Below, in pieces: positions 46,772 through 58,598 of a DNA stretch of 64,000 bases. Both the position numbers and the translations under genes were made by a program. Within the stretch, counting starts at the first letter, position 1. Each line of letters begins with the position of its first letter. The DNA comes from an uncultured Acidimicrobiia bacterium (lineage in GTDB: Bacteria > Actinomycetota > Acidimicrobiia > Acidimicrobiales > AC-14). The stretch is from contig CAWIIV010000006.1 in NCBI GenBank assembly GCA_963836205.1, positions 224,001-288,000 of the forward strand, read 5' to 3'. The notes beneath the pieces are model-generated. The model did not search any database and was not told where the DNA came from. It was given only the letters and a program-made list of their open reading frames with translations.

Positions 46772-47066
46772 CGTGTGGTTCGCGGCCGCGCCCGGCGGCG
46801 ACCGCCCCGTCCTGGTCCTCACCCGCGACCCGGTCGCCGACCGGATCGGCTCGGTCGTCGTGGCCGCCCTCACCCGCACGCACCGGGGCCTCGTCTCCGA
46901 GATCGAACTGACCAAGGCCGCCGACGGCGTCCCCACCGACTGTGTCGTCAACTTCGACAACGTCCACACGATCCCGAGGGAGACCCTCCGCCGAAGAGTG
47001 ACCACGCTGTCGCCCGCACGCATGGCCCAGGCCTGCCGCGCTCTGGCCGCCGCCACCGGCTGCTGA
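46758..47066 (+). CDS. mazF: MazF/PemK toxin
   Basis: RGDVW, RPVLVLTRD, VNFDNV. Confidence 0.92.
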   Translation: MPRGDVWFAAAPGGDRPVLVLTRDPVADRIGSVVVAALTRTHRGLVSEIELTKAADGVPTDCVVNFDNVHTIPRETLRRRVTTLSPARMAQACRALAAATGC

Positions 47067-47076
47067 GCCGAGCCGC

Positions 47077-49350
47077 CTACTGCTCGGCCGGCACCAGCCA
47101 GAGGACGGTCAGCGCGGGCAGGTCGACCGCCACCGAATGGTCGAGGCCGTGCCACGGGATGGCATCCGCATGGGCGTGCTCCCGGTGGCGCGGGCCCCAG
47201 CCGGTGAACTCGGGAGACTGGGTGTCGAGGACCGTCCGCCACCAGCCGTCCCGGGGGACACCGATGCGGTAGCCGGGCCGGTCGGAGCCGGACATGTTGG
47301 CCACGCACACCAACGTCCGCGACCCGTCGGCCGAGAAGCGGGCGAAGGAGATCACGTTGTGGTCGGTGTCGTTGGCGTCGATCCACCCGAACCCGGATGG
47401 GTCGAAGTCGCGCTCGAAAAGCGCCGGCTCGTTCTGGTAGATGGCGTTCATGCGGCGGACGAGGTGGTGGACGCCGGCGTGCTCGGGCCACTGGAGGAGG
47501 TCCCACTCGATGCTGCCCTCGTGCGACCATTCCCGACCCTGGGCGAGCTCGCAGCCCTGGAACAGCAGCTGCTTGCCCGGGTGGGCCCACATCCAGGCGT
47601 AGAGCGCCCGCAGGTTGCCGAAGCGCTCCAGGCCCTCGCCCGGCATCTTGCCCAACAGCGACCCTTTGCCGTGCACCACCTCGTCGTGCGACAGGGGGAG
47701 CACGAAGTTCTCGCTGAACGCGTACAGGAGCCCGAACGTGAGGTGATGGTGGTGATAGCTCCGGTAGACAGGCGGCTTGGAGAAGTACTCGAGGGTGTCG
47801 TGCATCCAGCCCATGTTCCACTTGAAGCCGAAGCCGAGGCCGCCCAGGTACGTCGGCCGCGACACCGCCGGCCAGGCGGTGGACTCCTCGGCCATGGTGA
47901 TGGCGCCCGGGTGGTGGCCGTAGACCAGCTCGTTCATCCGGCGCAGGAAGTCGACCGCCTCCAGGTTCTCCCGCCCGCCGAACCTGTTGGGCAGCCACTC
48001 CCCTTCCTTCCGGGAGTAGTCGAGGTAGAGCATCGACGCCACCGCGTCGACCCGAAGCCCGTCGATGTGGAACTCCTCCATCCAGAACAGGGCGTTGGCC
48101 AGCAGGAAGTTCGACACCTCGTGGCGGCCGAAGTTGAAGACGAGCGTCCCCCAGTCGGGGTGCTCGCCCTGGCGGGGGTCGGCGTGCTCGTAGAGGGCGG
48201 TGCCGTCGAAACGGGCCAGGGCGAAGGCGTCCTTGGGGAAGTGGGCCGGCACCCAGTCGACGATCACGCCGATGTTGCGGGCATGCAACGCGTCAACCAA
48301 GAAGCGGAAGTCGTCGGGCGACCCGAACCGGGCCGTCGGCGCGTAGTAGCACGACACCTGGTAGCCCCACGATCCGGAGAAGGGGTGCTCGGCCACCGGC
48401 ATCATCTCCACGTGGGTGAAGCCCATGTCGACCAGGTAGTCAGGCAGCCACTCGGCCATCTCCCGGTAGGTGAGGGGCCGGTCGCCCTCCTCCGGCACCC
48501 GCCGCCACGAGGCCAGGTGCATCTCGTACACCGACATGGGGCTGGTCATGGCGTCGGTCGCGGCCCGGCGCTCCATCCACTCCTGGTCGGCCCACGAGTG
48601 GGTGCCCTCGGTGCCGATGATGGCGGCCGTGCTCGGTGGCACCTCGGTAGCAAAGGCGAAGGGGTCGGTCTTGAGGATGAGCGAGCCGTCGGCCGCCACC
48701 AGCTCGAACTTGTAGCGGTGGCCGGGCTCGGTCCCGGGGAGGAACAGCTCCCACACCCCCGAGGACCCGAGCATCCGCATGGGGTGCATGCGGCCGTCCC
48801 AGCCGTTGAAGTCGCCCACCACCCGCACCGACCGGGCCGACGGGGCCCACACCGCGAACGACACGCCCGTAACGCCCTGGTGCTCCCGGAGGTGGGCGCC
48901 CATCACCCGCCACAGGGTCTCGTGGCGACCCTCGCCGTAGAGATAGAGGTCGAGGTCGCCCAGCGTCGGCCAGAACCGGTACGGATCCTCGACGGTGAAC
49001 GTGCCTGCCTCGTAGGTGACGTCGAGCTGGTAGCCGTCGGCGGGCGCGGGGGTGGGCACGGCGGCCTCGAACAGGCCCGCGGGGTGGACGCGGTCGGCCG
49101 TCACCCGGGTGCCGTCGGGCAGGACGACCGCGACCGCCTTGGCGTCCGGTCGCCACGCCCGGACCAGGTTGCCGTGAAGGCCGAGGACCAGGTGGGGGTT
49201 GGTGTGGCGCCCGTTGACGACGGCCTGTATCTCGCCGGCCACGTGGTCGGCCATCGGGTCGGCGGGAACGGCGCGCACCTCCGGGGGGACGGCCAGCACC
49301 GCCGGAGCGACCGGCTTCGGGTTCGAGTTCGACGTGCGGCGCTCGCTCAT
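47077..49350 (-). CDS. glgB: 1,4-alpha-glucan branching enzyme
   Basis: WGYQ, GLRVDAVASM, AEEST, LSHDEVVHGK. Confidence 0.96.
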   Translation of the reverse strand: MSERRTSNSNPKPVAPAVLAVPPEVRAVPADPMADHVAGEIQAVVNGRHTNPHLVLGLHGNLVRAWRPDAKAVAVVLPDGTRVTADRVHPAGLFEAAVPTPAPADGYQLDVTYEAGTFTVEDPYRFWPTLGDLDLYLYGEGRHETLWRVMGAHLREHQGVTGVSFAVWAPSARSVRVVGDFNGWDGRMHPMRMLGSSGVWELFLPGTEPGHRYKFELVAADGSLILKTDPFAFATEVPPSTAAIIGTEGTHSWADQEWMERRAATDAMTSPMSVYEMHLASWRRVPEEGDRPLTYREMAEWLPDYLVDMGFTHVEMMPVAEHPFSGSWGYQVSCYYAPTARFGSPDDFRFLVDALHARNIGVIVDWVPAHFPKDAFALARFDGTALYEHADPRQGEHPDWGTLVFNFGRHEVSNFLLANALFWMEEFHIDGLRVDAVASMLYLDYSRKEGEWLPNRFGGRENLEAVDFLRRMNELVYGHHPGAITMAEESTAWPAVSRPTYLGGLGFGFKWNMGWMHDTLEYFSKPPVYRSYHHHHLTFGLLYAFSENFVLPLSHDEVVHGKGSLLGKMPGEGLERFGNLRALYAWMWAHPGKQLLFQGCELAQGREWSHEGSIEWDLLQWPEHAGVHHLVRRMNAIYQNEPALFERDFDPSGFGWIDANDTDHNVISFARFSADGSRTLVCVANMSGSDRPGYRIGVPRDGWWRTVLDTQSPEFTGWGPRHREHAHADAIPWHGLDHSVAVDLPALTVLWLVPAEQ

Positions 49351-50696
49351 CGCCGTCCCACCCCCAGTCGGCGCAGGGCGGCGACGGGGATGTGCTCCCA
49401 CTCCGGACGATGGGACCGTTCGTAGGCCAACTCGTACACTGCTTTCTCCAATTCAAAGGCCGCCAGCACGGCGTCGACCGACGACTGGTCGGCGGGCAGG
49501 ATCCCGGCCTTGGCCGCCGCGGGCAGGTAGCCGTCGAGGAACGCCTGGCGGTTGCGGGCCTCCCACGCCTCCGCCGACTCGTCGAACTCGTTGCCGTCAC
49601 GTTCGGCCCGGGCCACCGACGACGCGTAGTGGAGCGACCGCAGCATCCCGGCCACGTCGCGCAGGGGCGACGTCCGCCGTCGGCGCTCCTCCAGCGGCCG
49701 GTCGGGCTCGCCCTCGAAGTCGAGGATGTACCAGCCGGCGTCGGTGCGCATGACCTGGCCCAGGTGATAGTCGCCGTGGGCCCGGATGGCGGGTCCGGCG
49801 TCGGCCAGGCGCAGCTCCTCGAGGACGGCGAGGGCGGGCACCACGTCGCCCAGCGCCCGCCGGGCCTGGGCCTCGATGTCGTCGGCCCACTCCTCGGTGT
49901 CGCCGGACGCCCGTCCGAACGCCTCCGCCATGGCCACGTGCATGGCTGCGGTGGTCTCCCCCAACCGGCCCGCCTCCGCCGAGAAGTCGCCGCCCGCCTC
50001 GGCCGGGTCGGTCGCCGGCGGAGGCATGGACAGGTCGAGGACGGGCATCGACTGGGTGTCGTGCACGCCGAACAGGTCGCGCAGGGACGTGAGGGCAAGC
50101 GCCCAACCGTCGACCGCGCCGGCCAGGAAGGGCTGGAGGAAGGCGAGGTCGTAGCCGTGGGCCGTCTCGGTGGCCAGGGGCGCGGCTACCCATGGGAAGC
50201 CCACCCGGCTCAAGGCCGACGTGACCTCGACCTCGGGATTGGGACCGGCGAGCAGCCGCCGGAACACCTTGAGGATGACCCGCTCGTCGTAGACCAGGGA
50301 GGTGTTCGACTGCTCGACGCCGATCGGTCGCACCCGCTCGGCCGACTCGTCGCCGCCCGTGACGTGCCAGTAGAGGTGGAGACCGAGGTCGGGGTCGAGG
50401 GCGGCGTCGTAGACGGTGGCCGTCTCGCCGTCGACGTCGACCACGCCCACCAAGGCGTCCTCGTGGCCCCGCAGGAAGTCGAGCTGCTCGGCTACCGGGC
50501 GCAGGCCGACGAGCACCTGGTAGCAGCTCCCGTCGGCCGCCACCAGCAGCCGCACCAAGAGCGGCCAGCCGTCGCGCAGCACCTCCGAGTCGGTGACGGT
50601 CAGCGAGGCCGGCTCCGCCGTGCCCGCGTACCACCGCTGCCTGGGCAGGTGGGCCCGCAGCAGGTCCAAGGGGATCGAGGGCAGGGGGCGACTCAT
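49347..50696 (-). CDS. mak: Maltokinase (Pep2/Mak)
   Basis: QRWY, EQSNTS, HGDYHLGQ, DFEGEP. Confidence 0.92.
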   Translation of the reverse strand: MSRPLPSIPLDLLRAHLPRQRWYAGTAEPASLTVTDSEVLRDGWPLLVRLLVAADGSCYQVLVGLRPVAEQLDFLRGHEDALVGVVDVDGETATVYDAALDPDLGLHLYWHVTGGDESAERVRPIGVEQSNTSLVYDERVILKVFRRLLAGPNPEVEVTSALSRVGFPWVAAPLATETAHGYDLAFLQPFLAGAVDGWALALTSLRDLFGVHDTQSMPVLDLSMPPPATDPAEAGGDFSAEAGRLGETTAAMHVAMAEAFGRASGDTEEWADDIEAQARRALGDVVPALAVLEELRLADAGPAIRAHGDYHLGQVMRTDAGWYILDFEGEPDRPLEERRRRTSPLRDVAGMLRSLHYASSVARAERDGNEFDESAEAWEARNRQAFLDGYLPAAAKAGILPADQSSVDAVLAAFELEKAVYELAYERSHRPEWEHIPVAALRRLGVGRR

Positions 50697-50700
50697 CGGC

Positions 50701-52335
50701 TCATCCGTCGACCAACTGGAACCAGTAGAAGCCGTGGCCACCGAGGGTGAGCAGGTAGGGCAACTCGCCCACCTTGGGGAACGGCACCCGGCCGAACAGC
50801 TCGATCGGGGTCTTGCCCGCGAACCGGCCCAGTTGCAGCTCCACCGGCTGGGCGAAGCGACTGAGGTTGTTGACGCACAGGATGGTCTCGTCCCCCCGAT
50901 GGCGAAGGAAGGCCAGCACCGACGGGTTCTCCGCCGACAGCACCTCGAAGCTGCCCACCCCGAACACGTCGGAGTGCTGCTTCCGCACCCGCAGCGTCCG
51001 CTGGAGCCAGTGCAGGAAGGAGCCGGGGTCGCGCAACCCGGCCTCCACGTTGACCGATTGGTACCCGTAGACCGGGTCCATCAGGGGCGGGAGGTAGAGC
51101 TGGGCGAAGTCGCCCTTGCTGAAGCCGGCGTTGCGGTCGGGCGTCCACTGCATGGGGGTACGTACCCCGTCGCGGTCGCCCAGATAGATGTTGTCGCCCA
51201 TCCCGATCTCGTCGCCGTAGTAGAGGACGGGGCTGCCGGGCAGGCTGAACAGCAGCCCGTGGAGCAGCTCGGACACCCGCCGGTCGTTGTCGACCAGGGT
51301 GGCGAAGCGGCGGCCGATGCCGATGTTGCGCTTCATCCGGGGGTCCTTGGCGTACTCCGCGTACATGTAGTCGCGCTCTTCGTCGGTGACCATCTCGAGG
51401 GTCAGCTCGTCGTGGTTGCGCAGGAAGATCCCCCACTGGGCGCCGTCGGGGATGTCGGGGGTCTGGGCCAGGATCTCGGTGATCGGGTAGCGCTGCTCCC
51501 GGCGCACGGCCATGAACATCCGAGGCATGAGCGGGAAGTGGAAGGCCATGTGGCACTCGTCGCCGCTGCCGAAGTAGTCGACCACGTCGGTCGGCCACTG
51601 GTTGGCCTCGGCCAGCAGGACGGTGTTGGGGTGGGTCGACTCCACCTCCTTGCGCAGGCGCTTGAGGTAGTCGTGGGTCTCGGGCAGGTTCTCGCCGTTG
51701 GTGCCGTCGCGCTCGAAAAGGTAGGGGACGGCGTCGAGGCGGAACCCGTCGAGGCCGAGGTCGAGCCAGAACCGCACGACGTCGAGGATCGCCTGCTGGA
51801 CCTCCTCGTTGTCGAAGTTGAGGTCGGGCTGGTGGCTGAAGAACCGGTGCCAGAAGTACTGCTGGCGGACCGGGTCCCACGACCAGTTCGACCGCTCGGT
51901 GTCGACGAAGATGACGCGGGCATCGGGAAAGCGCTGGTCGTCGTCGTTCCAGACGTACCAGTCGGCCTTGGGGTTGGTGCGGTCCTGGCGGGACTCCTGG
52001 AACCACGGGTGCTGGTCGCTGGTGTGGTTGATGACGAGGTCGGCGATCACCCGCATCCCCCGCCTGTGGGCCTGTTCCACCAGCTCGACCACGTCGGCCA
52101 GGTCGCCGTACTCGGGCAGGACGGTGAAGAAGTCGGAGATGTCGTAGCCGCCATCCCGCAGAGGTGACTGGTAGAAGGGCAGCAGCCAGAGGACGTCGAC
52201 GCCGAGCCACTCGAGGTAGTCGAGCTTCTCGGTGAGGCCCTTGAGGTCGCCGGTGCCGTCGTTGTTGGCGTCGAAGAAGCCCCGGGTGAGGACCTCGTAG
52301 AAGACGGCCTTCTGGTACCACCGCTCGTCACTCAC
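50701..52335 (-). CDS. treS: Trehalose synthase
   Basis: GFRLDAVPYL, AEANQW, FLRNHDELTLE. Confidence 0.96.
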   Translation of the reverse strand: MSDERWYQKAVFYEVLTRGFFDANNDGTGDLKGLTEKLDYLEWLGVDVLWLLPFYQSPLRDGGYDISDFFTVLPEYGDLADVVELVEQAHRRGMRVIADLVINHTSDQHPWFQESRQDRTNPKADWYVWNDDDQRFPDARVIFVDTERSNWSWDPVRQQYFWHRFFSHQPDLNFDNEEVQQAILDVVRFWLDLGLDGFRLDAVPYLFERDGTNGENLPETHDYLKRLRKEVESTHPNTVLLAEANQWPTDVVDYFGSGDECHMAFHFPLMPRMFMAVRREQRYPITEILAQTPDIPDGAQWGIFLRNHDELTLEMVTDEERDYMYAEYAKDPRMKRNIGIGRRFATLVDNDRRVSELLHGLLFSLPGSPVLYYGDEIGMGDNIYLGDRDGVRTPMQWTPDRNAGFSKGDFAQLYLPPLMDPVYGYQSVNVEAGLRDPGSFLHWLQRTLRVRKQHSDVFGVGSFEVLSAENPSVLAFLRHRGDETILCVNNLSRFAQPVELQLGRFAGKTPIELFGRVPFPKVGELPYLLTLGGHGFYWFQLVDG

Positions 52336-52336
52336 C

Positions 52337-52386
52337 GGATCACAGGGCTCACGGGATCACAGGGCTCACGGGATCACAGGGCTCAC
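52337..52386. repeat. 17-bp tandem repeat x3 (GGATCACAGGGCTCACG)
   Basis: Units start at 52337, 52354, 52371. Confidence 0.95.
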
Positions 52387-52390
52387 CCGC

Positions 52391-54325
<1,935 letters not shown>

Positions 54326-54382
54326 CCCACTGGTGTACCACCGCCGGCCGGACCCCAACCCCGCCGTCGGTCGGGCGCCGCC

Positions 54383-54432
54383 GTTCATGGGTCGGAAAAC
54401 GTGCGCCTGCCGCCCCTTTTCATGCCCAAGAC
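54383..54432. repeat. 50-bp palindromic element, family 2 copy 2 (inverted)
   Basis: Reverse complement GTCTTGGGCATGAAAAGGGGCG-N5-...-GAAC matches 35654. Confidence 0.75.
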
Positions 54433-54451
54433 CGTTTTCGACGCGGCGGGG

Positions 54452-55365
54452 CTACTGAAACACGACCGCCTGGATCTGCTGCACCGGGAAGTCGTCGATG
54501 CGCCCGACGGTGCGCAACTCGCCGAGCGTGCCCGACCGGTCGCCGAAGCTCCACGTCGCCGTCCACCGCTCGGTGACGACCACGTCGTACGAGCCGGCGT
54601 GGATGTACTCATGCTTGATGTCGCCGTCCGGCCACGGCTCACCCTCGGAGGAGTGAGGCCCGGTCCGCGTGCCGTCGCCCCAATCGACGTAATACCTTCC
54701 GGTGGCCGTGATGATCAGCGGCCCAAAGGGAGTGTCGGGCTCAGTGTAGGCATACGTGGTTGTTCCTCGAGTCTCGAGGTATGCGTACATTCCGGTGATC
54801 GCCCGTCCCGGGCCGATATACGGGGTGGGCTCAGGAAGGGGGATCTCGTTCCAGTAGCGGATCGCATAACTGGCCGGTGTTTCGGGCGCCGACTCGTTTC
54901 CGGGCTGCACCGGGCACGCTGGATACGTTTGGCTAATATCACGGAAGTCCCTGTCAGGGATGGTTAGAACGGCGGGGTCGACACCCTCGGGAACCTCCCG
55001 ATAGCCGGTAGTCGTGCAGGCCTCGCCATTCGGGCCCCCGCCGTCGACGATCTTCTCGTAGGCCGCGTATCTCTTGCCCGATCCTGGCGTAGCGGGTGAG
55101 TTCTCCGGATCCCGGATCTCGTCGGGCTCTGGAGGGGGGAACAGCTTCACTCATCGTCCCCACAGGCAAGTCCAGCCCTACTGGCGGCGAAGGTGCAACC
55201 GCCAAGAATGGGTGGGACGGAGAGATCCGTGGGCAGTGCGGTTGTCGGTGTCGTATCGGTCGCCTGAATCACGCTTGCGATCATCCGTTGCGCTTGACCA
55301 TGCGATGGCTGGCCCGCGATCGATATGAACGTGAGGAAACAGAGACCCGTCAGAGATCTGCGCAT
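54452..55365 (-). CDS. Secreted protein with C-terminal PKD-like domain; frameshift near 55150
   Basis: Signal peptide in 55147-55365; adding one G joins frames (DEVKLF); WGDG, HEY..GSYDV. Confidence 0.65.
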
Positions 55366-55973
55366 GGGTCCTCCGGGGCTGTGCCATCACGCTCGAGCCC
55401 GTCGTAGATATAGACCCAATTCGTCGAGTTGTAGACGCTTCGGACCACATATTTGTCGGAAGGCACAAGAACCACCCATAGAGTCGTCGGTTCCGATGCT
55501 GTGAGTGAAGCGCCTGAGTAGTCGCGCAGAACCTCTGCAAAAATGCAGTCGGGACTGGCGACTATTAGCCTCGAGATGACGGTCTCATGGTCTGATGGTG
55601 ACGGTCGGTAGTTCGCAAATCCGTCGGCTGCGTCAGCGGAGAACAGACTGAGCTGATTCTGACGGGGGCTACCGATGTAGAGCGCCCTCAGCCGTTCGAG
55701 AGCCTCCGGCGGAATCGTCTTTGTGCTCACAACCAGGCGGAGCATCTCGCCTGCCGCGTGGTCCAGCCCCGCGAGCACGCGGTTCACGTAGGCCTCGTCG
55801 ATCACTTGGGGGACGGCGTAGGGGTTGGTCGTGGTGGTCCCGATCGGGACGGTGGCGGTGGGGCCGAGGGGTTCGGACTTCCCGCCGCACGCCGCGAGGG
55901 CGGTGGCCATGGCCACGGCGACGACCGCCAGTGAACGTCGTGTTCGCTCACCCACCAACGGAATACATATCAT
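55350..55973 (-). CDS. Hypothetical lipoprotein
   Basis: Lipobox LAAC; start may be GTG 55955. Confidence 0.75.
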   Translation of the reverse strand: MICIPLVGERTRRSLAVVAVAMATALAACGGKSEPLGPTATVPIGTTTTNPYAVPQVIDEAYVNRVLAGLDHAAGEMLRLVVSTKTIPPEALERLRALYIGSPRQNQLSLFSADAADGFANYRPSPSDHETVISRLIVASPDCIFAEVLRDYSGASLTASEPTTLWVVLVPSDKYVVRSVYNSTNWVYIYDGLERDGTAPEDPCADL

Positions 55974-56022
55974 AGCTTTTCACACGGGAGCAAGAGGCAA
56001 CCTGCGGTAGCGTGACGGGCCT

Positions 56023-58536
56023 ATGAAGGCCTATCGAAGCTTCACGGTCCGGCCCCGTCTGCCTGACGCCCTCGCCCCCTTGCACACCCTGGCCATGAAC
56101 CTGCGGTGGTCGTGGGACGAGCACACCCAGGACCTGTTCCGGTGGGTCGACTCCGAGGCGTGGGAGGCGAGCGGCAACGACCCCGTCCGCCTCCTCGGCT
56201 CGGTCGGCAAGGCCCGGCTCGACGCCCTCGCCGCCGATCGCACGTTCCTCTCCTTCCTCCAGGAGGTCTCCGACGAGCTCCGGCGCGACATGGAGGCCGA
56301 CCGGTGGTTCCAGGGCCGCGACAGCCCCCTGCATTCGGTGGCCTACTTCTCCCCCGAGTTCGGCATCGCCCGGGCCCTGCCCCAGTACTCGGGCGGACTG
56401 GGCGTGCTCGCCGGCGACCACCTCAAGGCGGCCAGCGCCCTCGGCGTCCCCCTCGTCGGCGTCGGGCTCTTCTACGCCCAGGGCTACTTCCGCCAGGAGC
56501 TCAACGGCGACGGCTGGCAGGAGGAGCGCTACGTCGACCTCGACCCCCACGCCATGTCGCTGGGCTCGTGCGAGCCGGTGGTGGAGGTCGACCTGGCCGG
56601 AACCAAGCTCTATGCCCGGGTGTGGAGAGCCCAGGTGGGACGCATCCCCCTGTACCTCCTCGACACGTCGGTGGAAGTCAACGACGAGCTCGAGCGGGGC
56701 GTCACCGACCGCCTCTACGGGGGCGACACCGAGCACCGCCTGCGCCAGGAGATCCTGCTCGGCGTCGGCGGCGTCCGCGCCCTGGAGGCCGTGGGCGAGA
56801 CACCCCACGTGTTCCACAGCAACGAGGGCCACGCCGGCTTCCTCGGCCTGGAGCGCATCCGGCGGGCCATCTCCGGCGGCCTCTCCTTCGACGAGGCGGT
56901 GGAGGCGGTCCGGGCGGGCACCGTGTTCACCACCCACACTCCCGTCCCGGCCGGGATCGACCGCTTCCCCCGCCCCCTCATGGAGCGCTACTTCAAGGCG
57001 TGGGCCGACGAGTGCAACGTGAGCTTCGACACCCTCATGGCCCTCGGCCACGTGCCCGACGAGCCGCCCGACGCCCCCTTCAACATGGCCGTCATGGGCC
57101 TGCGCCTGGCCGGATTCAGCAACGGCGTGTCCAAGCTCCACGGGCACGTGAGCCGGCAGATCTTCCAGTCCGTGTGGCCGGGCGTGCCCACCGAGGAGCT
57201 GCCGATCGGCTCGATCACCAACGGCATCCACACCCGCACCTGGGTGTCGGCCGAGGTCCGCGACCTCTTCGACCGTCACGTCCTGCCCGAGTGGCACCTG
57301 GCCGGCCCCGACCGGTGGGCCCGCATCGACGACGTCGGCGACGACGAGCTGTGGCGGGCCCGCCAGCAGGCCCGGGAACGGCTGGTGGCGTTCGTCCGCC
57401 AGCGGCTGCGGGCCACGTCGTTGGCGCGGGGCATGTCGGAGGCCGACCTCACCTGGCTCGACGACGCATTCAACCCCAACATCCTCACCGTCGGCTTCGC
57501 CCGCCGCTTCGCCCCCTACAAGCGAGCCACCCTCCTGCTCTCGCAGCCCGACCGGCTGACCAGGCTCCTCCTCGACGCCGACCGGCCCATGCAACTCCTG
57601 TTCGCGGGCAAGGCCCACCCGGCCGACGACCCGGGCAAGGAGATCATCCGCCAGGTGGTGCAGTTCACCCGGCTCCACGACGTCCGCCACCGGGTCGCCT
57701 TCGTGGAGGACTACGACATCGGCGTTGCCCGGATGATGTACCAGGGCTGCGACGTGTGGCTCAACACGCCCCGCCGGCCGATGGAGGCCTGCGGCACCAG
57801 CGGCGAGAAGGCCGCCCTCAACGGCGCCCTCAACCTCTCCATCCTCGACGGGTGGTGGGACGAGCTCTACGACGGGCACAACGGATGGGCCATCCCGTCG
57901 GCCGAGACCGTCGCCGACCAGCACCTTCGCGACCAGCTGGAGGCGGGGAGCCTGTTCGACCTCCTCGAGCGCCAGATCGTCCCCCTGTATTACGAGGCCA
58001 ACCCGGGACGGCCGCCCAGCCGGTGGCTGAGCCGGGTCCGGCGCTCGCTGCGCACCCTCGGCCCGGTCGTGACGTCCAGCCGCATGGTGCGCGACTACGT
58101 GGAGGCGATGTACGAGCCGGCCGCCACCCACGGCGAAGCCCTGGCCGCCGACGGCTTCGCCCGGGCCAAGGCGTTGGCGGCATGGAAGCGACGGGTGCTC
58201 ACCATGTGGACGACGGTCGCGGTGCAGACGGTCGACGAGGCCACCGACGCCGCCGACCTCGGCGGGGCCCGCACGGTGGCGGCCGTCGCCGACCTGGGGC
58301 GGCTCGGTCCCGACGACGTCCAGGTCCAGGTGGTGCACGGACCGGTCGGCAATACCGACGAGATCGTCGACGCGGCCATGTCCACCATGGACCTGGTGGG
58401 CGGCCCGGGGCCGTACCGGTACCAGGGCACCTTCACCTGCGACCGGCCCGGGCGCTACGGGTTTACTGTGCGGGTCGTGCCCTCCCACCCCGATTTGTTG
58501 ACATGGACCGAGCTCGGCTGCATGGCGGTCGCCTGA
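56023..58536 (+). CDS. glgP: Alpha-glucan phosphorylase
   Basis: YFSPEFG, YSGGLG, NEGH, EACGTSGEK. Confidence 0.96.
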   Translation: MKAYRSFTVRPRLPDALAPLHTLAMNLRWSWDEHTQDLFRWVDSEAWEASGNDPVRLLGSVGKARLDALAADRTFLSFLQEVSDELRRDMEADRWFQGRDSPLHSVAYFSPEFGIARALPQYSGGLGVLAGDHLKAASALGVPLVGVGLFYAQGYFRQELNGDGWQEERYVDLDPHAMSLGSCEPVVEVDLAGTKLYARVWRAQVGRIPLYLLDTSVEVNDELERGVTDRLYGGDTEHRLRQEILLGVGGVRALEAVGETPHVFHSNEGHAGFLGLERIRRAISGGLSFDEAVEAVRAGTVFTTHTPVPAGIDRFPRPLMERYFKAWADECNVSFDTLMALGHVPDEPPDAPFNMAVMGLRLAGFSNGVSKLHGHVSRQIFQSVWPGVPTEELPIGSITNGIHTRTWVSAEVRDLFDRHVLPEWHLAGPDRWARIDDVGDDELWRARQQARERLVAFVRQRLRATSLARGMSEADLTWLDDAFNPNILTVGFARRFAPYKRATLLLSQPDRLTRLLLDADRPMQLLFAGKAHPADDPGKEIIRQVVQFTRLHDVRHRVAFVEDYDIGVARMMYQGCDVWLNTPRRPMEACGTSGEKAALNGALNLSILDGWWDELYDGHNGWAIPSAETVADQHLRDQLEAGSLFDLLERQIVPLYYEANPGRPPSRWLSRVRRSLRTLGPVVTSSRMVRDYVEAMYEPAATHGEALAADGFARAKALAAWKRRVLTMWTTVAVQTVDEATDAADLGGARTVAAVADLGRLGPDDVQVQVVHGPVGNTDEIVDAAMSTMDLVGGPGPYRYQGTFTCDRPGRYGFTVRVVPSHPDLLTWTELGCMAVA

Positions 58537-58598
58537 CCCTGTCGCCCGAGCCGATCGAGACGGCGGAATCGCAGCTCCCGACGAACTCCACCCCGCAC

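Noticed and set aside
55147-55365. Separate 72-aa secreted peptide gene
   Set aside because: More simply the N-terminus of the downstream PKD-like gene split by a one-base deletion, though the GTGA junction leaves two genes possible
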